From contig NC_068991.1 in NCBI RefSeq assembly GCF_001194135.2, positions 53,970,010 through 54,034,009 of the forward strand: 64,000 nt of DNA, read 5' to 3'. This DNA comes from Octopus bimaculoides (lineage: Eukaryota). How positions within the stretch are numbered: the stretch's first letter is position 1; each line of letters starts with the position of its first letter. This document shows, in pieces, positions 26,255-37,900 of this stretch. A program made the position numbers and the translations under genes. The notes beneath the pieces are model-generated. The model had not been told where the DNA came from. It saw only the letters and a program-made list of their open reading frames with translations, and made no database searches.

Positions 26255-26920
26255 TATGTTATATTCCTTTATCTCAGCAACATTTCCTGTTCACACTACA
26301 TGTATACCAAAAGAACTGTACTTTATGAATATATGAATTACACCAATGACTGGTAGCATAAAAAACACATTGGCATATTAGATGCACCCCAGTTTGAGAA
26401 GCACATATTCAGGGTAAAAAGTTTTTAGTGTATTAAATCAGTTGCGAAGCTCAACTTTTCACACAGGACCTTGGGTGATTTTTTGAGTCATATTTGGGAT
26501 AAAAAGTGCATCCTATATGTCATCAAATATGGTACATAATAAGCTCTCCTTTATTGCCCATGAGCCATTAGAAAGAATTACGCACGCACACACACACAAG
26601 TTCTCTTTTATTTCCAGTGTACCATCAGAAATAGATGTTACCCAGCCTAAGTTGTGCAGGTATTCAATATGGCTAAACAGTATGTGTCCAGGTTTGGATA
26701 AAACAGCAATCCATGCAAAAGAAAGAAACACTTTTCACTTGTAACATTCATAAAAAAAGAAAACTATTTGAGTTAACATGTAGCGTAAACACAGTGTTAC
26801 ACATAAGAATATGTTTGAACTGTCATTGGTGTAATTCATATATTCATAAAGTACAGTTCTTTTGGTATACATGTAGTGTGAACAGGAAATGTTGCTGAGA
26901 CAAAGGAATATAACATATGT
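26252..26920. repeat. 99-bp near-perfect inverted repeat with a 471-bp spacer
   Basis: 26252-26350 is the reverse complement of 26822-26920 with a single mismatch. Confidence 0.92.
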
Positions 26921-27239
26921 GGTCAGTAACTCGAGGGAACTGAGATATAGTAAATTAATATCTCATTCAACATAAACATGAGTTGTGCTAAAACTAACTA
27001 AACCAAGAAAGCATTCAATTCTACCAATTTCTTATTCTGAAGAGAAAGATTTGTTCCATTTTGAATCGTATTTATACAACCAGTTCATTGCTAAGCGTAC
27101 TGTTTCTTTGGTCTAATCGATCATTGGAAAATGGATAATTAAAAATAACTTCCCTTTGAAGGAAGTTGCTTCCCTTGAATTTTTGCATAAGGTAAATTTT
27201 TGCAAAAAATAAATCAACAGGAATATATTGGGTTCAAAT

Positions 27240-27410
27240 TTTGGTACAGAGCCAGCAATATTTAGGAGTGGGTTAAGTCGATTTGATTGACCCCAGTGTT
27301 CAACTGGTACTTGTTTTTATCAATCCTGAAAGGAGGAAAGGCAAAGTCAACCTCAGTAGAATTCGAACTCAGAACATTTTGCCCAGTGTGCAAATGATTT
27401 TGTCTGCTCA
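27240..27410 (-). mobile_element. Second SINE family with a conserved GACCCCAGT...ACTGGTACTT...GACCCCGAAAGGATGAAAGGCAAAGT core; copies near 888-1030, 30370-30490, 38316-38480, 40170-40310 and 44740-44890
   Basis: Recurrent core motif next to a tRNA B-box-like GAGTTCAAATTC. Family not assigned. Confidence 0.75.
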
Positions 27411-28044
27411 CCACCTTATAGGACATCAATAATATTGTTAAAACATTAGCTGATGCTGTGGATGACTTTACTAATAGATGTTGGTATACATTCTCAATGT
27501 TTCGGTGAGAAGGAAACTAAAATAAATATTGGTTTTCACTTGAAGTTGGTATATCATCAGAGCCTGAATTTCAGACTAAAAACTCATAAAGTCAAATGCC
27601 AAATAGCAATGTACATCAACAAAGAATAAAGGAGAGCCATAAATTCAAAAGACAAGGAGCAGTTGGGAGAGAGCCAATAAAACAAGAATTTGATCTGAAA
27701 TCTTGACACATCTCCTAGCTTGTGCTTTTGTTGTTGCTTTCTGTAGTAACCTACCAACACAAAAATATTTACTTATTGGGTCTTAAACAAACAGCCAAAT
27801 GTGTCAGCTTGACCATTCTAATCATAACTCATCTTTATAGCAACTTTTATAAAAACAAAGACAGGTCAATGCCTAGCTTTAGAGTCAGGAAAATATCATC
27901 TAAACCCCTTGGGGGCCCATATATGATTTTATTGTTAAAATTTTTTTGTGATAAACTGTTTATACTTCTACAATGCTTGAAATATTTTATCAATTTTTAT
28001 ACAATTCCTAAAAATATCTAATTCTAAAAATAGAATATCTTAAA

Positions 28045-28514
28045 CAACAAGCAAATTAGCTAGTTAAGGAAATCTCTATAAGAGACAAAAGCAGTAATTA
28101 TCCTGAGAAGTAATGGTCATCACTACTTAAACACAGCTGTTCTGTAGGAACTGACATTACTGCTATTTTAACCCAAGGAGGATGCCTCCTCCTGCTGGTT
28201 ATTTGATGCAATCTGCACCTAATATATATTGCAAGTAGGGGAGTGAACTCCTACCATCTTCTAGCCACAAGATCACCAGACCGTACAGTTTAGACCTCTT
28301 TGTGGTTATCATCAGTGGTGGATACTCATCCACTAGAGATAGAAGTAGTTCACTCCAGCTCACAATATATAGTAAACAAGAGACACACAGTCACTGATCT
28401 TGCAACAAGCAAATTAGTTAGTTAAGAAAATCTCTTTAAGAGATGAAAGCAGTAATTATATTAAGTAATGTTTATCACCACTTAAACATGGCTGTTCCAT
28501 AGGAACCGACGTTA
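28045..28514 (-). mobile_element. ~358-bp terminally redundant unit with a hammerhead-like motif (retrozyme-like or Penelope pLTR-like)
   Basis: Direct repeats at 28045-28159 and 28403-28514. Hammerhead-like motif at 28274-28320 on the minus strand. Homologous by eye to 42614-43094. Confidence 0.6.
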
Positions 28515-29944
28515 AACATTGAATGGCTATGGGGTCCATCCAAGTAAAATAAGAATCAAAGGGGTCTGTAGGTAAAAATTAGAACCACTGCTTTAGAACA
28601 ACACTTGGCTGCCTTTAGGTCATTGTTGTTACAGTTGTCTTGAAGGTTACAGGGAATCATCACTAATGCTGGTGCCACATATTCTGTTAAGTGGTTAGCA
28701 TTAGTAGGACATGCAACTGAAGCAGACATTGAAGTGTGATGCAGTCCTCTAACTCAATGGATTCTGACTAACTGTCCAGCCCTTGCTTGCATGGAAGACC
28801 AACATTTATTGATGATGCTGTTGATGATGATGGTGAGTGTTATCTGCAGAAGAGTGGGTGTTGTTGGACCTAATGACAAGTAAGTCCTTGATGTCTAGAA
28901 GGAAAAGAGTAGTGGATAACTGTAGTGGTTTTACATCAGAGTGTATGCCTTGTCATATCTTCACCTTCTTATCTCTCTCTCTTTCTCTCCACTCTCTCTA
29001 TCTGAGGTAACCATGTTTCTCCTTTACTACAAGACACCTATTTTTATCTCTCAATACTACCACTCCACTCAGTCAAGGGGTCTTGTTACAATCATGATGA
29101 TGATGATGATGATGATGGACTTACATCATAAAACCTTTAAACAAACAAAAACCTGTGTGTCCCTTCTTCTGAAAGCCTGTACTTCAACCCGCTAAAAATA
29201 GCAACCAAATCTCCTTAATGTCACCCCCTACCATTTTAAATAACACTTTGGTCAATGTAGCCATTAATACTCTATTTCTGAAGAAAAGATGAGATAGACA
29301 AAGTTAGAAAACCTTTGATCATGAGTCTACTTGATCAGGGTTAAACAACAACAGCAACATATTTTATAGCTCAGTATTGATTTTTAAATTAGTTTCACAA
29401 ATTCTACAGTCATTGATGATAGATTTAACTGATCTTTATTACTTTCTCCTATTGATTTTCTTGACTATATTAGCCAATTCACTTTTGAGTATAGCATTAG
29501 TAAGCATTATACTCTAGAATACGTCAACATAGTACATACACATTTCAGCTAACTTTTCCCCTGTATATCTAACCTTTTATGGAATATATTTTGTTATGTT
29601 GGTCATATGCCATTGATATCACTGCTTGCAATGTTTTTTAAGTAGTTCTTGATTTCTTTGTAGTTGTATATAATCCCTTTTATTGAAGTGAGAAAACTGC
29701 ATGTAGTGAAAATCAGATGGACATTAAGCTTGGGTACAGATAGAAGTTATTTAGTATCATACAAGCCTTTATTTGTTAAACTAATATAAACTACAACATA
29801 TTCTGGAGACTAAAAATAAAATGCATAAAATTTCTCAGTGGATGGCTTGTTAAATTACACTTCTGGTATAAAAGATTGAAGGGAAAAGAAACAGAAGAAG
29901 GTAAAGGACGATATGGTTCTCAAGCTTGAAGTGGTTGAAAGAAA

Positions 29945-30085
29945 GAGGTATTAACTGTTTAGCATTTAAACCAACCATATCTGACTCAAAATATTCTACC
30001 TGTTTTACGTGCAAACTGTCTAGATCCAACATCTCACACCTATCCTACAATGTCATTCTGAAAATAAACAATCACATCACTGAAA
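29945..30085. repeat. Dispersed ~130-bp repeat (TTTAGCATTTAAAC...ATTCTACCTGTTTTA...CACACCTACCCTACAATGTCATTCT); copies near 7720-7830 and, inverted, near 31100-31220
   Basis: Three similar copies recognised by eye. Class unknown. Confidence 0.65.
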
Positions 30086-31399
30086 TCTTAAGGCCACAAG
30101 ATAATGTATGATTAATTCAAAACAATGTGAATAAATAAGGATTGCACTTGACAAAGTAATCTGAATGCTGAGAGGTTTAATAACAGGAAGTGGAACTGTT
30201 ACAGAAAACAAAGAATAGAGAATTTGGGCAGGACATAATTGGTCTATGCTATACATTCTGCACATGGTACCTAAAGAAAGCATAAAAGTCAGTGCTATAA
30301 GGTGACAAAGGCAATGAGATAGCAGAATCTCAAGCAGGTCAAACAAAATACTAAGTAGTATTTTTTCTGGCTCTTTATGTTCTGAGTTCAAATTCCACTG
30401 ACATCAACTTTGTCTTTCATCCCTTCAAGGTTGATAGAATTAAGTACCAGTAATGTATTGAGGTCCACCTCCCATCAAGATTGCTGGTCTTGAACCCAAG
30501 ATCAAACTGAAGTCTCATTCAGGGAGAATGTTGTGACCTCGGTCAGTTATATGCCATGAAAACTGGGTAATCACCCTAGAGTTTGTGTCCTTAGTGTTTG
30601 AGGAATAAAAGAAAAAAAAAAACCTCAGGTGACAAGAATGCCTACAGAATTAGTGAAGGGTGTAAGTTATTGAAGAGATATCTATCTTAGCCTTTACGTG
30701 TTCNNNNNNNNNNGATATCTATCTTAGCCTTTACGTGTTCAGATTTCTTTGTCAAATGTATTGCTTATTTATTCACATTGTTTTGAATTAGGTATATTGC
30801 TCAGTGGTCATGCTCACAATCAGGAAGTAGTGAGTTCAATTCCTGAACCAGGTTGTGTGTTGTGTACTTGAGTTAAACACTTAATTTCACATAGCTCCAG
30901 TTCACTCAACTGAAGAATTGAGTTGTGACATCACTGATGCCAAGTTGTATCAGACTTTACCTCTCTTGAGGCTGGTATGCATGGGCGACTGCTGGTCTTC
31001 CATAAACAACTCTGCCCAAACTTGTGCATCAGAAGGGAACTTTCTTTTATCCTTTGAATTAATCAGGCATTATTTTGTAGTTTCAAGGTTTCAATGATGA
31101 GTTTGCATATTTTTAGAGCAACATTGTATGGTAGGTGTGAGAGGTTGGATCTGGTCAGTTTTAACATAAAATAGGTAGAATATTTGAGCCGGATAAGGCA
31201 AGATTAAATGCTAAAGATATAAAATATGTTTGTGTGATCATGTGTTATTCATAAAAATTTCTCTTGGCACAAAATGAATTGATTTTAAAAATAATGACAA
31301 AAAAAAGGAAAAAATGAGAAATTTAGTAGAGGGTGGAAAATGAAGTTTCCCAGCTTTCTTTTGTGTAAAAATGTAGTTTATTTTATTAAATGAATCTCT

Positions 31400-31516
31400 T
31401 CAATGAAACTGCATCATAATCAAATGAACATCACCAGTTATTTGCAGCTGATTCACTGTTTCAATATCCTTTATACGATGTTGGAATGTTATATAATGTT
31501 GACTGTTGACAGCAAC
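31400..31516 (-). CDS. Galectin exon 8 (terminal coding exon)
   Basis: ttttattattag|GTT...CAT TGA. VAVNSQHYITFQHRIKDIETVNQLQITGDVHLIMMQFH*, the canonical VAVN..H...F.HR....L.I.GDV end of a CRD. Confidence 0.92.
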   Translation of the reverse strand, partial: VAVNSQHYITFQHRIKDIETVNQLQITGDVHLIMMQFH

Positions 31517-32249
31517 CTAATAATAAAATAGCAGAAAAGAAACAGCTGTATTAAATAAGCAACCAATATTAAGTGATTATTTCTTTGAAATGTGTTGAAA
31601 ATATATATTGAATTTATACAGAATACATCATTCAAAATTATTTTTTATCATTGGATTTACTTAGTTATTTCTTGCACTTTTGTCAGCTAAAAATATATCA
31701 ACACTGGTTAATAATCCAGTTTCCATAATTTAAACAAAAATGAGTCAAGAGACATGACACAGAGCAGCCAGTAGCAAATATTTAAATAATATAGATGAAT
31801 ACAGGTATATCAAATACCATACAACATGCTTTATCTTTTATCTTTAACTTGTCTCAGTCATTAAACCATGGGCCATGCAGGGGGCACAGCCTTAAGGAAT
31901 TTTAGTCAAATGAATCAAACCCAGTACTTTTTTTTATTTAAACCTGGTACTTATTCTACCAGTAACTTTTGCTGAGCCACTAAGTTACGTGGATATAAAC
32001 TCACCAACACTGGTTGTCAAACTGTGGTGGGGAACAAACACAGACATAAAGACACACACACACACATATAGTGTACTACTTTGTGATAGTAAGATCAACA
32101 AAAAAAGTACTCCATCTGGTGAGAGATAAATATTATTTGATAAACACAATATATGTCTTTATGTGTTATGTGTTATCTCTCACCAGCACATGAAATTAAT
32201 TGTGACACATAAAAACATATATAACAACAAGCCAGCTGACACAAAAAAT

Positions 32250-33030
32250 ATCTAGTGAGACTTCTTTTCATCGGAAAAGTCAGCAAACAGGATCAATGAG
32301 TTCCTCACAAACTTTCTGAGTCTAATCATGTGCAGAGAGTGAATGTGTGCTCTGCTTTGCTGTCACGTCTCATAAATGAACCTTTTTTGGACCAAAATAG
32401 TGACTGGTGACAAGAAATGGGTCCTCTATAAAAATGCCAAATACTGAAGACAGTGGGTAACGAAAGGAGAAACAACAGCACCCCAGGCTAAGGGTGTTGT
32501 TATCTTTTTGGTGGAATATGAAAGGTTTAGTCCACTTTAAACTTTTAAACCTAAACCTAATGATAACAAAGGAAATCTACAGCGAGTAGCTTGAGCAGCT
32601 TAAGTCAGCACTAGAAGAAAAATGACCATCTTTGGTTTCAAGACGAAAGGTGTTCTTCAATCAAGATAGTGCTTGACCACATACAGTGAGGATGACATTC
32701 CAAAGGCTGGAGTAGTTTGAATGGGAAACGATGCCCTACCTACCATATTTGCCAGATATTGCTCCATCTGATTATCATTTATTCCAGTCTTCAAAATCAT
32801 TTGGATGGAAAAAATATGAATTCTGTAGACAAGGTCAGAACATTACTGGAAGAGTATTTTTCGTCACAGACAAGTGAATTTTGGAAGTGAGGCTTGGCAA
32901 GTCTACCAGATAGATGGAAGAGCATTGTAGAAAATGAAGGAAAGCATATTTAAGATTAAAAATGAACCTTGTTTATCTTAATTTTGAAAAATAAAATAAA
33001 TATTTAAAAAACCAAATTATTTATGGGATG
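32250..33030 (+). mobile_element. Decayed mariner transposase (D,D34D-like) in galectin intron 7
   Basis: Frameshifted remnants of WVPHxL, IVTGDxKW, FxQDxAxPH and YxPDIAPSDYHLF. A TIR-like sequence lies near 33010-33030. Confidence 0.88.
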
Positions 33031-33283
33031 ACAATGTGTGTGTGTGTATGGTTTTGTGAATGTGCTTGTCCCCTACCATCGTTTGACAACAGGTGTTGGT
33101 TTGTTTACATAAGAGAGTGCTAGAACAAGTACCAGGCTTAAAAAGAATAAATAAGTAATTGAGGGTCAATTCATTCGACTATAAATTCTTCAAGTTGGTG
33201 CCCCAGCATGGCTGCATTCTAATGATGAAAACAAAGAAAATATAAAAGATGAACAAGTGATTTCTCAGAACTGATATACTTAC

Positions 33284-33479
33284 TTTGTAACAGTAACGTT
33301 CAATGGTGAACATCAAATCAAATCCAATACCCGGTTGAAAAGGAAAGAAAGGTTTATAAGTTTCTTCTTCTCCCCAGCATTTTGTTATGTAAGAATTACG
33401 GACAACAGAATGGTCATTTCTAAAGCGGACATCAAAATGAAAAGCAATATCTCTTTCAGTGTTGAAATTCACAGTAAAC
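33284..33479 (-). CDS. Galectin exon 7 (CRD2 sugar-binding core)
   Basis: ttccattag|G TTT...TAC AAA|gtaagt. FTVNF...IAFHFDVRF...VVRNS...WGEEET...FPFQPG..FDLMF. 196 nt, phase 2 to 0. Confidence 0.93.
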
Positions 33480-34599
33480 CTAATGGAAGATGGAGAAAAA
33501 GAGAGCAAATGAAGAAATATTTTATTTGATATTTAGAAAGACATGAAAAATTAGTTTGTTGAATAGATGTCACCATTAAATTTATCAGAGAATTAATTCA
33601 TCATTAAATTAAATTTACCACTAAATTCATCATTAAATTAATTCATCAGAGAAAAAAAACATAACTTGACTATGTTTATTAAAGCTTTGATTATGTCTGT
33701 TGGCATCATTATCGTCATTGCCACAACCACTGTCATTGCTATTTTCCCATGCTTGCAAGGGTCATATAGAGTTTTCGAGGCAGATTCTATGGCCAGAAAC
33801 CCTTCCTATTACAAACACTTACCTGTTTCCAAGAAAGGAAATATTTACTAAATGCCAAATATGCTTTTACAGAATATTGGAAATGTATAACACTGCTTAT
33901 ACAACAGTTACACTCATTTACAACTAATGAGTATTAAAAACAGGGAAACACAAATACATTACACTCTTATATACACATTCTCACTCAATTTTCTGTTTGT
34001 TATGTTTTTGTCAAATTTTCCATTTGTTATATTTTTGTTTCAATCATTTGACTGCGGCCATGCTGGTGTATTGCCATTAGTCGAACAAGTCGCCCCCAGG
34101 ACTTATTGTTTATAAGCCTAGTACTTATTCTATTGGTCACTTTTGCCAAACTCCTAGTTTACAGGGACGTAAACACACCAACATCAGTTGTCCTGCGATG
34201 GTGGGGGAACAAACACAGACACACAAACATATACATATATATATATATATATAATATATATATATATGATGAGCTTCTTTCAGTTTATATCTACCAAATC
34301 CACTTTCAATGCAATGGGACTGAACCAGGAACCATGTGGTTGGTAAGCAAGCTACTTACCACACAGCCACTCCTGTGCCTATAAAGCTATTCCAGCACCT
34401 ATAGCCATTCCTGTGCCTATATGTATAATTAGTATAATTATTTTAATTTGTCTTGTTTGTTTTTGCCACTGTCCTGTACATTTGTTAGGTATTCCCAGTG
34501 GCTTTTGCAACTGGCACCACTAGAGTGAACAATATCATTGATAATGGCATGAAATCATTATGTTCTCTCGGACATTGACTGATGAGGAATTCACTACAA

Positions 34600-34705
34600 A
34601 TTTTGTGTTTGGTATGGTTTTGCCAAATTTTCCATTTGTTATGTTGTTTGTTAAATTTTCCGTTTGTTATGTTTATGTTAACTTTTTCTGTTTGTTATGT
34701 TTAAT
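34600..34705. repeat. ~25-bp degenerate minisatellite (AAATTTTCCRTTTGTTATGTT); further units at about 33985-34040
   Basis: Four imperfect units seen directly. Confidence 0.65.
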
Positions 34706-34719
34706 CCTTGCAATGTATC

Positions 34720-34766
<47 letters not shown>

Positions 34767-34767
<1 letters not shown>

Positions 34768-35955
34768 TGCACCAACCAAAATCTGACATAGAAAGGCTAT
34801 ATATACAATGTATAGAAGGTGGTAGAGGCCTTATATAGCTGGAAAACTATTATAAAATAACCACCATAGGACTGCAAAAATACCTACTTCAGAAGCAAGG
34901 AAAACTAATACAAATAGCCACAAAACACGAGCAAAACAAAAAACTGTTTTCAGTATTTAAGGAAGCTGACAAATACAAACAAGAAATCAATCTACCTAAC
35001 AAATACGAAGAAGAAGAAGAAGAAGAAACAACAAAAGCTATAAAACAAATGAAATCCAAACTAAAACTAGAACAGCAATGAACCATGATAAAACGATGGC
35101 AAGNNNNNNNNNNNNNNNNNNNNNNNNNNNNNNNNNNNNNNNNNNNNNNNNNNNNNNNNNNNNNNNNNNNNNNNNNNNNNNNNNNNNNNNNNNNNNNNNN
35201 NNNNNNNNNNNNNNNNNNNNNNNNNNNNNNNNNNNNNNNNNNNNNNNNNNNNNNNNNNNNNNNNNNNNNNNNNNNNNNNNNNNNNNNNNNNNNNNNNNNN
35301 NNNNNNNNNNNNNNNNNNNNNNNNNNNNNNNNNNNNNNNNNNNNNNNNNNNNNNNNNNNNNNNNNNNNNNNNNNNNNNNNNNNNNNNNNNNNNAAAAGAA
35401 ACATAACAAGTAACTGCAGAATATGTGGAGATGGACAAGAAACAATAAATCATATTATCTCTGGCTGCCCAGTCCTGGCTAAGAAGGAATATATTCACAA
35501 GCATGACAGAGTTGAGACCTACATACACTGGAAGCTATGCCAACAGAAAAAAGATGGTATAGGCACACACCAGAAAAAGTCACAGAAAACGAGAAAGCAA
35601 CCATACTCTGGGATATGCCAATACACACAGATAGAGAAATTAAGGCCAATAGGCCAGATATAGTTGTCAGAGATCATGAAGAAAAAAAATATTTTCTAAT
35701 TGATGTATCAATACCAGCAGATGACAACGTTTCCCTGAAAGAAATGGAGAAACTTTCAAAATACAAAGACCTGGAAATAGAGGTAACTCGAATGTGGAAT
35801 CTAAAAACAGAAACAATTCATATCATAGTGGACACATTAGGTATGATAAAAAGATATTCAGACAAATACATAACAAAAACACCAGGACTTACAAATATAT
35901 ATAACATACAGAAAATTGCACTACTANNNNNNNNNNAAAAATAAAGCTACTGAAT
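34767..35955 (+). mobile_element. 5'-truncated R4/Dong-clade non-LTR retrotransposon with restriction-like endonuclease
   Basis: HQPKSDIERLY...EGGRGL, a CRICGDGQETINHIISGC zinc knuckle, and NRPDIVV...LIDVSIP...EKLSKYKDL PD-(D/E)xK motifs. Frameshift near 35540. (TAA)n tracts on both sides. Contains two N-gaps. Confidence 0.92.
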
Positions 35956-35982
35956 AATAATAACAACAACAACAACAACAAC

Positions 35983-36027
<45 letters not shown>

Positions 36028-36213
36028 TTTGAACAAATAAGTATAAGTTGATTAGTGTGTTTAAATGTTGAGTAGAGCACCGGCACAGTTTAGGCTACCT
36101 GTTCTGTATGTATGTATGTATGTATGTATGTATGTATGTATGTATGTATGTGTATGTATATATATATATATATATATATATACAGAGAGAGAGAGAGAAA
36201 GAGAAAGAGAAAG

Positions 36214-36278
<65 letters not shown>

Positions 36279-36699
36279 TACAACAGAAGACATTTGCCCA
36301 AGGAGCCATACAGTGAAACTGCACCCACAACCATATGGTCAGGAAGCCTGGAGAAAGGGTTGTACTCATTGTCTTTATAGGCCCTTTAAGACTAATATGA
36401 CCAATGCAGCTGGTGTTCCATTTAAACAGTTGCAGGAAAATACATCAGCAGAGAGGAAATTGCAAAAAAGTCAACATGGAGGAGGCTGTTCTGGGTATAG
36501 GGTGCTAGTACAGGGTGTGGGGTGGTGAACACAATATATGTGCCAAGAAGAGAAAAGATGAGTCAGAGGTATCTGGCTGGATACAGTACATGACCAACTG
36601 ACTTGAAGGAGCATAGGTCAATGTTGTAGCCAAAAGAAAGGCAGAGAGAGGACTCAATATGTCTATGAATGAAAGGTTTGAGTGTGTTGGTGGGCAAAT

Positions 36700-37654
36700 T
36701 TATGATAATCAGCTGAATGGTCTTTTATTTTCATGTGTTCATTTTCTATAAACACCTGAGAGAAAACATTCAGAGCATTGATTGTTGGGACATGTTCAGC
36801 CAACTGTGTCAGCTTTGACTTACAACACCAAACTTTGTCACTTGATACTAACACACGGACGTAGCAGGCAACCTACAAAAATTTCATGTACAGCAGCCTC
36901 AGTTGCTAACCATGAACTATAAAATTGACTTTTTTCAGCTTATTGTGCTTTGATACAAGAAACATTCACAACCTTCTGCACTAATAAATCACTAATGTTC
37001 CTGAAGTTGCTTTTTTATATCTTCTATAGATTGCTTGAAGCTCACCAAATTCCTACACCTTGATCTTTGGATCTTATCTTTATACGTATGTATGTATCAC
37101 CACAAGGAAAATTATGGGCTTGTCAAGTCTGGGGAATGTGAAGGCCATTCAAAGTAGACCTCACACATGGTTCCAGCAAGATGGGGCAACTGCTCATACC
37201 ACAAGAGAAACATTGCAGTTGCTATGGCCATGCTTTGGAGTGAGAATAATCTCCCACTACGGCAATGTCAACTGGCCTTCATGTTCCCCAGACTTGACTA
37301 GCCCGGATTTTTCTTGTGGGGATACCTGAAAGAGAGGGTTTACTTCAACAAACTGAAGACCCTGGTGCAACTGAAAGAGAACATCAATAGAGAGACCAGA
37401 GAAGTGGGGTCTGAAACTCTTGAGGGTGTTATGGTGCAAGTTTTGAAAAGAGCACAGGCATGCAAAGCTGAAAATGGCTGCCATTTAAGTGATATCATTT
37501 TTCATACGTGATGTAGTGGTGTTGCAAAATTTGACTTGTGCATATTAATTTCCATTATGTCCTTTATATTGTATCAAAATTTCATGCATTTATTTGCTAA
37601 GTTAAGGAAGTTATTAAAAATTGAAAACCCATCAGTGACTTTTGGGACACCCTG
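36700..37654 (+). mobile_element. Decayed Tc1/mariner transposon
   Basis: WFQQDGATAHT...WPSCSPDLTSPDF/WGYLKERVY. Right TIR ...TTTGGGACACCCTG followed by TA. Left boundary approximate. Confidence 0.85.
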
Positions 37655-37808
37655 TATGTATACTTCAAGGAGCTCAAAACAAATCTTTATCTGTTCTCTT
37701 GCTGATACAAATTCTGTTCCATGATCAGCAAATCCTCCAACTAAATCTATGCAGTTTTCTTAAATAAAAATGGGAAAGTAACCAAAGAAATAACTTAATA
37801 ACACTCAC

Positions 37809-37900
37809 CTTCTTGGATTGAATTTGGATGGATATCCACTAATTGTAATTATCCTTTGGCAATTTAAGCCACCCAATATTTTAGAGATAAATGGAGTTTT
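37809..37900 (-). CDS. Galectin exon 6 (CRD2 N-terminal strands)
   Basis: tatgttccag|AAA...AGA AG|gtgagt. KTPFISKILGGLNCQRIITISGYPSKFNPR(R). Same phase 0 to 2 as exon 2. Confidence 0.88.

Noticed and set aside
26680-26731. FLSFAWIAVLS, resembling the NCKX helix missing upstream of 3883
   Set aside because: Wrong strand and position, an in-frame stop just upstream, no splice acceptor, and it lies inside the degenerate local repeat.
30077-30391. 104-aa hydrophobic minus-strand ORF
   Set aside because: It starts inside a SINE and ends in a dispersed repeat, with no family motif.
30677-30740. Perfect 27-bp direct repeat flanking a 10-N gap
   Set aside because: Typical unmerged contig overlap, not a biological duplication.
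30795-30860. tRNA-like A/B-box sequences here and in many other places
   Set aside because: They are SINE heads continuing into SINE bodies, with no full cloverleaf, so they are not tRNA genes.
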